NCBI RefSeq assembly: GCF_009914755.1
Contig: NC_060930.1
Strand: one strand, 5' to 3'
DNA from: the human T2T-CHM13v2.0 reference genome, Homo sapiens
DNA: 64,000 nt
The translations under genes and the position numbers were made by a program. Positions 1 through 21,353 of this stretch are shown piece by piece. The notes beneath the pieces were generated by a model. It did no database searches. It was not told the DNA's origin and saw only the letters and a program-made list of their open reading frames with translations. The stretch's first letter is position 1. Every line of letters starts with the position of its first letter.

Positions 1-4115
<4,115 letters not shown>

Positions 4116-4142
<27 letters not shown>
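4116..4142. repeat. (TA)n microsatellite in the position of the L1 poly(A) tail
   Basis: atatatatat... run directly after the L1 3' end. Confidence 0.9.
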
Positions 4143-4147
<5 letters not shown>

Positions 4148-4308
4148 CAAAAATTAGCTGGGCGTGGTGGCACGTGCCTATAGTCCCAGCTACTGGGAGG
4201 CTGAGGCAGGAGAAATCACTTGAACCTGGGAGGCAAAGTTGCAGTGAGCCAAGATCGTGCCACTGCACTCCAACCTGGCGACAGAGTTAGACTCTGTCTC
4301 AAAAAAAG
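4142..4308 (+). mobile_element. Alu right arm only (starts at the central A-rich linker)
   Basis: AAAATACAAAAATTAGCTGGGCGTGGTGG...CTCTGTCTCAAAAAAA. Confidence 0.92.
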
Positions 4309-4309
4309 A

Positions 4310-7745
<3,436 letters not shown>

Positions 7746-9203
7746 CATAAGCAAGTGATCACATGAGCACACCGGCTTTACCTCTAATCTCTGCTGCCAT
7801 CTGACTTCTCTGTGCCTCTGCTGTCCCATCTGTCACATAAGACTAATACAGGCCCTCACCTCCCTAGACGTCGGGTTGTGAGGACCAAAGAAACATCATC
7901 TCTGCCTATACCTTTTCCTCTATTCTTTTTTCCCTCCAGAAACCCAATGACCTTGGACTTCCCTGAGTCCCACACTGGCTGACATATTACATACGGATTC
8001 TTCCCTCCAAGGGAAGATAAGCCTAGCTTCCATCGGGAACAGACCCGCACATTCCATCAGTCCCTTCTCCTGACTGTACACTCCCTACTTCACTCCCCAG
8101 GCAGGGCCTGGGTAGTGAACTTTTAAGAACCAACACTGATTTGACTTCCACCAGCAGGCTCAGCAGCACAGCCTCTAGATGTTTTGCTCGTTTCATCGCC
8201 AGGCGGTACTCTTTCCCACGGTACTATAAAGCAATTCCTGTTTTTCACTTTGTTGAAAAGGTGTGCCAAATGACTGCAATTCTGTGTGCCCAGATTATGA
8301 TAAGCCTACCCTGGTGTCCTGCCTAACTAATCACATCACAGCCCACTGGCATTTTCATCAGAAGCCTTTGCTTGAGTGGATGGGGGTAGGCTGCAGATTC
8401 TTCTCTGTTGTCTGGCTGGAGTAGAGCAGTTACTGTCTAAAGGTTTTCTGTCTTGGTAGACTGCCTCCTTTCTTGGACCTTTAGTTATACATAAGAGGCT
8501 TTTGCTGGTGGCTGTTTTTGTCTGTGCTTGTTGATGTGTACAGATTGCTGGCTTCTGGGATATATGAGGCAAAAATGAAACACAGGGAGTCATTCCTGTG
8601 TCAGTCCTTGGGTCCTGAAGTCCATAGCCAGTTTGCCTTTCAGTCTTCTTCTGCTTGTTTTACATATAATATTCAGGATTTTTAGCCATACTTGGTGAGA
8701 GGAACATGGAAAAGTATGTCTAGTCCATTTTCCCAGGAGTGGAAATTTCCCAGACTTGTGTTTAGAAAGGGCTTGTTGTGTAGGAGAGAGTTTGGATGGG
8801 AAGCAAAGATGGGTGGCAGAGGACCAATTGGGGGGCCACTGTTAGTCAACAAGAAAAGCTGAAGACCTGGATTGGCCAGTGGCACTGGGACCCAAATGAG
8901 TGGGATAGAGAAAACTATTTACAGGTTAAGAAAAACAGGGAAGAGCAACAAAAACATGTCTAACAGGAAGTCAGTGTGGTCAACAGTAGAACCATTGCTT
9001 AAGGCCCAGTGCTCTCCTCTGGCAGAAGAATGGATTTACAGTTTGTCAACAGTCACATAGTTTTTGAATGGACTGTCTCCTGTCCTAGTGGGTCTTTAAT
9101 TTGTGGGGAACAAAAAACCGTCCTTTTAAAAACTGAAGAGATTTGACTGAAGGTTTGACCAAACAGGATCTTACCGTTGCATCCATAAGGTTAAACACTA
9201 TTA

Positions 9204-9725
<522 letters not shown>

Positions 9726-10265
9726 TCACAGAAAAACCTAGTTTTGCTGGCACCTCTCCATTTTATTTCACTTGCTGATCATGTAAATGCCCTTCCTCTC
9801 TAAGTTAGAATGTGTTTGGCTATGGGTAACAGGAATCCTGATGAACAGTGGTTTTAAATATAAGGACATATCTGTTTTACCTAATAAAAAGTACAAGAAC
9901 TGGCAGTCCCTTGGTGAGTCTGGAAGATTAACAAGGTCATCCCGGACCCAGGGACTTTCCATTCTTGACTCTGAATTCCCAGCAGCCTGCTTTCATTTTC
10001 CAACTTGTTGCCTCATCGTCACAAGATGTTTCCTATAGGTGCAAGCAGCACAGCCTCTCACAGCCTAGTAAGAGACAACAAGGAAGGGAGGGGGAAAACA
10101 TTTCACCTCATGTGCCTCTCTCCGGAAGGAAAATTTTTCTCAGAAGCCCCGAGAGATTTCCTCTGATCCCAGCCAGAACTGCTCAACTGGCCAACTCTGC
10201 CTGCAAGAAGACTGAGCACCATCACTATGTGGTAAAGACCATGACAGCCATGCTTGCCTTAGACC

Positions 10266-10474
10266 AGCAGTTCTCATCAAGGGCATGACGGGAGGGGGCA
10301 GTATTGAAAATATAGAAAGGGACACTTTCAGCTGTCACATATACAGAGAGGTGCTATTGGCATCTAGTGGGTTGGTGTGGGGATGCTAAATGTCCTAAAA
10401 TGCACAAGATACTTTTCACACACACACAAATTGTCTTGTCCAAAATTCCAGTAGCACACTTGTTGAGAAACACT
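10266..10474 (+). mobile_element. MER20-like hAT DNA transposon
   Basis: CAGCAGTTCTCA...GGCATCTAGTGGGT...GTTGAGAAACACTG termini. Confidence 0.7.
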
Positions 10475-10930
10475 GGCTTACACCAGCCATAATTCATCTC
10501 CTGGCCTGAAGATACTATGACTCAAACACAATTTAGAAGTTCCTAGATTGTGCAAGAGGAGGAACATGGCTCCCAGTAGTGTGTGCCACAATACCCCAGC
10601 AGATGTTGGAAGGAGTACAGCAATGCCTAGTCATTCTGGCATGCTAAATCCTTTTCAGAAAGCTGCTATTATTTGTACTGAATGGGCAACTAGGAAAGAA
10701 TTACAGGGATCAGGACAGGGAAATTACATGCAAAAGGTGCCTTTATTTTTCCTAATGAAGGGATTTTTTTCCAGTAGCTGGACAAGCCTGTTTCCGAGAA
10801 TAATTGACTCTGAGCTACCCATACCTCTGTTACCTCTGTTGACTAACAGATGCTCCTTACTCCCACCAAGGAGTTCAGAATGTTTAAAACCTAACTCTAT
10901 CTTTATTTTTTTACTATAATTATTTTAGAA

Positions 10931-11047
10931 TTAGAGACAGGGTCTCGCTGTGTTGCCCAGGAGGGTCTTGAACTCCTGGGTTCAAGGACTTCTCCCACCT
11001 CAGTATCCCAAAGTTCTAGGCTTATAGGCATGAGCCACTGTGCCTAA
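10931..11047 (-). mobile_element. Alu monomer (FLAM/left arm)
   Basis: agagacagggtctcgctgtgttgcccagg...gagccactgtgcc. Confidence 0.8.
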
Positions 11048-11049
11048 CC

Positions 11050-11532
11050 ATAAAATTATTATTTTTATTTGACACATAATAACTGTACATATTCTGGAGT
11101 ACACTGTGATATTTCCATACATGTATACAATGTGTAGTGATCAAATCAGGGTAATTGGCACATCTATCAATTCAAATATCTATTATTTCTTTGTGCTGAA
11201 AATATTCAAAATCTGCTCTTCTATTTGAAAATATACAATAAATTGTTTGTTATTATAGTTACCCAATGGTGCTGTAGAACACTAGCACTTATTCCTCCCA
11301 TCTAGCTGTACTGTTGTATCTGTTAATAACCTCTGGCTGTCCCCTCCCTACCCCTACCCTTTCCAGTCTCTAGTAACCGCTATTCTACTCTCTACTTCTA
11401 TGAGATCAACTTTTTTAGCTTTCACCTATCAGTGAGAACATGCAGTACTTCTCTTTCTGTGCTTGGCTTATTTCACTTCATATAATGTCCTCCTGTGGCT
11501 AAATAGTATTCATACATATATATGTATGGATA

Positions 11533-11574
<42 letters not shown>

Positions 11575-12055
11575 CACTCACACATACACAATTTTTTTTT
11601 CTTTTTCTTTCTCTCTCCTTTTCTCTTTCTTTCTGGGATAGGGTCTCTCCCCTCTGTCACCCAGGCTGGAATGCAGAGGTGCATTCATAGCTCACTATAG
11701 CCTTGAACTCCTGGGCTCATGAAATCTTCTCACCTCAGCCTCCCAAGTAGCTGGGACTATAGGCGCACACCACCATGCCTGGCTAATTTTTATTTTTTTG
11801 TAGAGGTGGGGTCTCACTTTGTTGCCCAGGCTGGTCTCAAACCCTCCTTGAGCAATTCTCCCACTTCTAAATTCCCAGCCTCCTAAAGTGCTGGGATTAC
11901 AGGTATAAGCCACCATGCCTGGTCATATATACCACATTTTCCTTATCCATTCATCTGTTGATGGACACTTAGGCTGAGTCTTTATCTTGGTTATTGTGAA
12001 TGGTGCTTCAACATACATGGGAACGCAGATATCTCATCAACATATGAATTTCTGA
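11050..12055 (-). mobile_element. Old L1MA 3'-end fragment interrupted by (TG)n and an AluJ (~11630-11923)
   Basis: tgatcaaatcagggtaattggc, ttatccattcatctgttgatggacacttagg are typical antisense L1M 3' sequence. Confidence 0.75.
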
Positions 12056-12671
12056 AATAATATTTTAATAATAGTCTAGTAAAAATTATGATAACAATCT
12101 ACTGAATTATTTTTTAAAAAAAACTTAGAATGTCAGAAGTCTTTGTGGTCTGCAGAGAAAATGAAGACTAAATGTTATAGCTTTAATTATAATTTTAAAA
12201 ATCTAAATGTTCACTAAATCTGAAAGATTAGATATATTGGGTTATGTTGCATTGCTGCTCACAGTAAAATCTTGTAAGTCAGTATAAAATCCACTAGATT
12301 AGAAAAAGAAAAGTAGGCTAGGAAGTTTGGTTTGGCTTCCCTATCTGTAAAACCACAACTGTCTATGCTTGACACAAACTAAGGTAAATAAATAATGTGT
12401 CTTAGGCTAATTGCTAACTGTGAATAGGAGATAACCTGGCATAGAAGAGTAGAAAGAGCATTCCAGGCAGAAAGAATGGACTCAGCAGAGGTACTAACTG
12501 GTGAAACAGCATGACATGGTCATAGTCACACCAGACGTGAGCTCTTGAGAGCGTCGTGGATTAACATTAACATTTTTAACCAACAACTCTGATAATCTCT
12601 CCAGGATCCCTGGATTTCTGGGTGCCAATAACAAAAGCTAGACTTACTGTTTTTTTTTTCCTCTGTACTTC

Positions 12672-12868
12672 TGCAATAGATTGAATGTTTGCGTCCACCC
12701 AAAATTCATGTTGAAATCTTAACCCCTAATGTGGAGGTAGGTGGTGAGGCCCTTGGAAGGGGATTAGGTCATGAAGGTAGGGCCTTCATGAATGAGATCA
12801 GTGCCCTTATAAAAGGGACCCCATAGAGCTCTCTTTTCCTGTTTTCACCACATAAGAGATAAGAGAAG
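12672..12868 (+). mobile_element. MaLR LTR fragment (MLT1/MST-like)
   Basis: ttgaatgtttgcgtccacccaaaattcatgttgaaatcttaaccc...gattaggtcatga...gcccttataaaag. Confidence 0.75.
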
Positions 12869-12869
12869 T

Positions 12870-13978
<1,109 letters not shown>

Positions 13979-14473
13979 GTATGTACTTTTTAATACAGTA
14001 ATATGTAAATAACTGTGTGTGTATGGGAAAGCTGTTTTTCATTTCTCCAAAAACTGCACCAAGGCAAAGCAAAGCTCTAGTTGATTTCGGTGTGTTGTGC
14101 AGGAGTTAGCAGTACTGCCCTCACTAGGTACCCATTGGACAGTAGTGCAACCCCAAGAAAAGGATGGTAGTAAGTTAACTTTCATCATGCGTTGATATTT
14201 CATTTGAAATGGTGACTTGAAGCTGGTTAGATACTGAAACTGAGACTATAGTATGCCTAACTCAGCTGCTCAATAACTATTTATTGCTTATAGTCTTACG
14301 ACTTTTTTTTTAGAATAATTATCTTTGCTAGTACTATCAGATTTGCATGACAACCCTTTCTCTTGTATTCTCTGTAAACTGGAGGTTGTCCCACTATTAC
14401 TGATACTAAATTTGATGGTTTGGTTCAAATGGTGACCACCAGATGGCTCCACTATACAGGTGTATTTTCTTTA

Positions 14474-15453
<980 letters not shown>

Positions 15454-15724
15454 TGTAATTTCTTTTACAATTAGGTAAGTAGCCTGTAGAGTGATACTTT
15501 GATGGCATTTCCCAGCAATCTTTCATCTAAAGGTTTTGAAGTCCATTGATAGTCCTTGTCTGAGTCAATTATTTCATTAAGGTTTGCATCATGGTTATTG
15601 TCTAATTCTATATTTTATTTTATACTTATTAGCTGGCATCCTATAGTAAAGAAGAGTTTTTCCTCATCAACTGGGTATAAACCACATTCTTTATTAAAAA
15701 AAAAAAGAAAAAAAAAGCAGGGTA

Positions 15725-16040
15725 GGTTGGGAGCAGTGGCCCATGCCTGTACTCCCAGCGCTTTGGGAGGTTGAGGTGGGAGCATCACTTGAGCCCAGGA
15801 GTTCAAGACCAGCCTGGGCAACATAGCAAGACCCCATCTCTAAAAAAACAAAAAAGCAAGCAAAAACACTTAGCCAGGTATGGTGGCAGGCACCTGTAGT
15901 CCCAGCTTCTGACGAGGCACGAGGATCACTTGAGCCCAGGAGGTCAAGACTGCAGTGAGCCATGTTTGTGCCACTGCACTCCAGCCTGGATGACAGAGCA
16001 AGACTCTGTCTTAAAAACAAAAACAAATGAAACAAAAAAC
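15725..16040 (+). mobile_element. Alu (AluJ-like)
   Basis: Alu consensus. Confidence 0.85.
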
Positions 16041-16290
16041 AAACAGGGTAAATGCTATCTCCCTTTAATAACTAATTTTCAGAGTATCAAATTGGTGTAA
16101 TAGACACTACCAATGATGGAAAAATAGTTTCCCTCTTCTCATTCTCTCTTCTCTGTACTAGAGAGTAGACTTTTATTTATTCAGTATTTGCAATCAATTG
16201 TATTCATTTTCTTTTTGACGCTAAAATTGCCCTAAATTTGCCCCCTGGGAGATCCTTCAAGCTGGCTCCCATGTCTCTAAAATTTATTTT

Positions 16291-16820
16291 TGAGAGACTG
16301 AAAATACAAATGGTAAATGGCCAGAATATACATAAAAACAGAATTCTGACCCATTACCTACAACAACTAGCCCAGTAAACCAACCACTTATTTACCATAA
16401 GTGTACTCTCAGCCTGAAAGCCAAACCTGCTATCAACCAGACTTGTAGGAAGTCAGACTGCTATCTCTGGTAGCAATCCAGGAAGCTAAATAATAACTTC
16501 TATGACAATCAGCTCAAAATGGCCAGGACTTGATTAAAACTTGACAGCTTCCCTACTTTTTGTCCTCACTTCTAGCTTATGCCCATCCAGAGAAAGCCAA
16601 ATATGCTCCTTTAGCCAAGACCATAGGATGCCAACTTGTAGTTAGCTTCCAGCTTCCCCATGCCAACAGCTTCCAATCAGGCATACCTGTGAAACCTTTC
16701 CTTTTGTCCACTGTAAAGCTTTCCCACTCCTCTGCATGCCTTTGAACCTCTGCTAAAACATAAGGGATGGTGGCTGACTCCCTTGCTACAGCAAGTTCTC
16801 AATCGACTTTGCTTTTCTCA
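16291..16820. mobile_element. Probable ERV-class solo LTR (family not assigned)
   Basis: TG...CA-bounded ~530 bp with LTR-like composition and a CCAAT motif. Confidence 0.4.
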
Positions 16821-17225
16821 TTTGGTTTGCAATAAAATGCATTCTTTACAGTGACACAATTTGATGAATTTTGACAAACGTATACATTCCCACTAACCAT
16901 GACACAGAACATTTCCATCACCCCCAAAAGTTCTCCCGTTTTCCTTTCCAGTCAATTCCTTCTCTCTTCCCCTCCTAACCAACCACTGATCTGCTATCTA
17001 CCACTATGGATTAGTGTTGTTTGTTCTCCTAACTACAGTTGGCATAGCCTCATTGGTCTAAGCACTTCCTCTGCATTCAGGCACAACGAAATACCTGGCT
17101 CATCTTGTACCTTTCCCGTCCCAGAGCTGGAATCAGCCAGTTCTCCAAAGGAGCTCTGGATCTTTTTAGTGGGAAATGGAATTTAGAAACCAAGATCTCA
17201 GTGTCAGATGTGCTCACTGTTACTG

Positions 17226-17344
17226 TAGGGTGCCCATGCCTATACATCCTGGTTCAGCCAGGACTGTTCCAGTTTTAATCTGAAAGTCCAGCATCCAGAG
17301 AAAACCCCTCTGTTTGTGGCAAACTAGAACAACTGGTCACCCTA
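17226..17344. mobile_element. MER81/MER94-like hAT-Blackjack MITE
   Basis: Terminal inverted repeats TAGGGTGCCC...GGTCACCCTA, ~119 bp. Confidence 0.7.
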
Positions 17345-17399
17345 GTGCTTCTAGGCCCTTTCAGTCCACAGAACTAGGACTTTTTTTTGCAGTTGAAAC

Positions 17400-17921
<522 letters not shown>

Positions 17922-18116
17922 TGAACTTCTTTGATCTTGTGTTTGTATCTCATTCTCTCATACACTGCACATCTTTGTATATAGTAACATTAAAATACTT
18001 ATGTTATCCTACCATATACAGTACAGAGTTTTAAAACCACAGTAACAATGTTACCATTAATCATAAATCAGTGAAGCTGAAAGCTCCTGTGCACTTTTTT
18101 CATCCTTAGAATACAC

Positions 18117-18772
18117 AGTTGACCCTTGAACAACACTGGTTTGGACTGCCAGGGTCCACCTATATGTGGATTTTTTTCACCCCAACACAGATGAAAAATA
18201 CAGTGGGGCGAGGGACGGTGGCTCACACCTATAATCCCAGCATTTTGGGAGGCTAGGTGGGAGGATCACTTGAGCCCAGGAGTTCAAGACCAGCCTAGGC
18301 AACACAGCTCTCTACTGAAAATAGAAAAAAATTAGCTAGATGTGCTGGCACATGCCTGTGGTCCCAGCTACTCGGGAGGCTGAGATGGGAGGATTGCTTG
18401 AGCCCAGGAAGTCAAGGCTGTAGTGAGCCATGATCGTACCACTGCACTCCAGCCTGGACGACAGAGTCAGACCCTGTTCTCAAAAAAGAAAAAAAAAAAG
18501 AAAAGCAAGAGAAGGGAAGGAAGGGAGGGGGGAAGAGAGGGAGGGAGGGAAGAAGGGAGGGAAGAAGAGAGGGAGAGAAAGAAAAAAAGAAAAGAAAAAG
18601 AAAGGAAAGGGAAGGAAGGAAGAAAACAAAACAGAAGTACAGTGGGATGCAAAACACACCTACACAAAGAACCAACTTTCCCTATGCTCAGCTCCGGGAC
18701 TTTAGTATGCAGATTTCTGTATATGCTCGCAGAAGGTCCTAAATCCAATCTCCTGCATATAAGGAAAGACTA
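18117..18772 (+). mobile_element. MER8/Tigger2-family element interrupted by an AluJ (18206-18500) with a purine-rich expanded tail
   Basis: Starts CAGTTGACCCTTGAACAACAC; aaatacagt/aagtacagt flank the Alu plus tail. Confidence 0.7.
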
Positions 18773-18825
18773 CACTATCACAACACAGATACACTACTAG
18801 AGTACTGTGTTCAAAAGCTCAGAGG

Positions 18826-19123
<298 letters not shown>

Positions 19124-21013
19124 ACCCAAAGAATAATTATTTTTTCTGTGTATCTTAGTTATATTAGTTAACAGTTAAGTTCATTTGTTTCAATTTGCTT
19201 TCAACCTTAGGATTTACTTTGTTTCCTTTTTTATTTACTTTTTTGGCTATGTAAAACTAAAAGTTCAAAGACAGAGAAATCTTGTCTCCACCCCCCACTC
19301 TTTATAGGCAACTAAAAATGTTAAGTTTCCAGGATATCCTTCCAATTCCTCCCCGAAAATAAGCATATACACATAAATATTCATATTAAATATAAATATA
19401 TATTTTTATGTATTTAAGTAAATACATAAAAGCATATATGCTTATTTTTGCTTTTGAATACAGTGAATACTTACTACACTTAAATATTTAAGTGAATACT
19501 TAATACAACCTGAGACTCATTCCAAAGCAACACACGATTATTTCCTGAATCTTTTTAATGGTTGCATTGTGTTCTACTGTATGGATGCACCATTCCCAAT
19601 CAGTTCCCTATTAACGGATATTTGGGTTATCCCTAACTTTTGCTATGACAAATAGCACTGCAATAACCTTGTATACCTATTGTTTCCATGTGTGGAGCTG
19701 CACCTTCAGAATAAGGTTAGGGTTAGAAGTATAACTGCAAGGTATAAGAATAAACACAAGTAATTTTGTACTCCGTGGAACTTGAACCATTTTTCCACTC
19801 CCACCAGGAAAGGTAATTTCAACGTGTATTTCCATTGTAAGTGAGGTGGAGCGACTTTCTATGTTTAAAGACCATTACGGTATTTTTTCTGAGAATCATC
19901 TGTTCATGTCCTTCCCCATTTTCTCCTTTGGCTTTTGCACTTTTTGTTTTCAATTTTTGAGAGCTCTTGTGATACGAGTTGCAAAGATTTTCTCCAGACC
20001 GATCTGATTCACTGGAAATATACTACGACCATCTGGAATGTACTTTAATCTTATCCTAATAAATCACCTTACTACAAGACACTCCTTTGGGGATGAACAG
20101 GTTTGATAAAGCCGGCTAAGGACAGACCAATCAAAAGAATTACGTGCTCTTCTAGTAAGTGTTTAGAGACTGTTTCACGTTCTCCAGGTAACACCGCCAT
20201 TACTCGGCGGTCCAGATGGCAGTCTTACTTCAGGGAGTCTACTCCACTTGCAGGACCTCTTTGATTGAGTTCACTAAACCTCACAGGGCCGCCTTCCCCG
20301 TGTTCCAGTTAGCAAGGGGCCCTCAACGCCGCGGACACAGCGCAACCTCCGACGCCAGAGAACAATAGCTCCTCGATGCGTCTCCAGAGATGTCAAGGAG
20401 GAACGAACCCAGCGGCCAGGAGACTGCGCCTCACGACTGATGAGAGGGAAGGCATCGGTTTCTAAGTTCTCAAAACTTACAGGTGAGCTTCTGCTAAGAG
20501 TAAACGCCCGCGGCTCGCCGCCCACGGCCTCTCTCTTGAGGTGGCACCTGGTCCTCCGACACGCGGAAGCATCACGGATGAGCGTCACGAACACAGAGCG
20601 GCCAATCACGCGCCGCCTTCGCCCAGATCCCTCCGCACGAGGCAGCCCCGCAGCCGCAGGTGGCCCCGGCGAGTACTTCCACCTTCCCTTCCCGTGATGC
20701 CCTGGGGCTGACCTCCGACCTCGCTGGCCCGCCCCTCCCCTCGGCCGCTTCCCTTACTGAGCTTGCTGAGCTCCGGGGCCCGCGGAGCTCGCGCCAGGCT
20801 CCTGGGAAAGGACGGGGAGTGTTACCGGGGAGCAGCTGCTCCATTGTGCCTCGAGGCCCCGATCGGGCTAGGCCGACGGCCTCCCTCCCTTCACCTTTCC
20901 TCTCCTGGCGGGGTTCGGCGGCGGGCGAGTGACTGCGGCCACGCCTGAAAGGCGACTCTCCTGTGAGTGGGCCAGAAGGCGAACATGGCGGAGCGGGGAG
21001 GCTGGCAGGAGGC

Positions 21014-21055
21014 GGGAGGCGGGAGGCGGGAGGCGGGAGGCGGGAGGCGGGAGGC
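21014..21055. repeat. (GGGAGGC)6 heptamer repeat, G-quadruplex-capable
   Basis: Six perfect copies. Confidence 0.95.
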
Positions 21056-21149
21056 AGTGGCGCTGGCCTGCGGCGCGTTCGGACCGGCTGTGGGGCGGGG
21101 CAGGGCGGAGCGGAGCCGTGCGGCGGGGCGGGGCCGGGCGGCGGGGCCT

Positions 21150-21353
21150 GGTTTCCTCCCTCAGCGCCATTTTGTGGCAGCGAGACCCACAAATAAAGGG
21201 GAGCGCAGGGGTTGCGGCGGGACTAGGAGCGCGGCGGGGCCGGCGGCAGAGCTGTCCGGCTGCGCGGTGGCCCGGGGGGCCCGGGCGGCAGGGCAAGCAG
21301 CGCGGCCTCGGCCTATGCGACCGGTGGCGCCGGCGCGGCTTCTGCCTGGAGAG
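21150..21353 (+). other. WTAP: WTAP non-coding exon 1 (start approximate), donor GAG|GTAGGT
   Basis: Strong donor after 21353 inside the CpG island, downstream of the YY1 motif. Confidence 0.75.

Noticed and set aside
18423-18800. Lys/Glu/Arg-rich ORF
   Set aside because: Purine-rich expansion of an Alu tail
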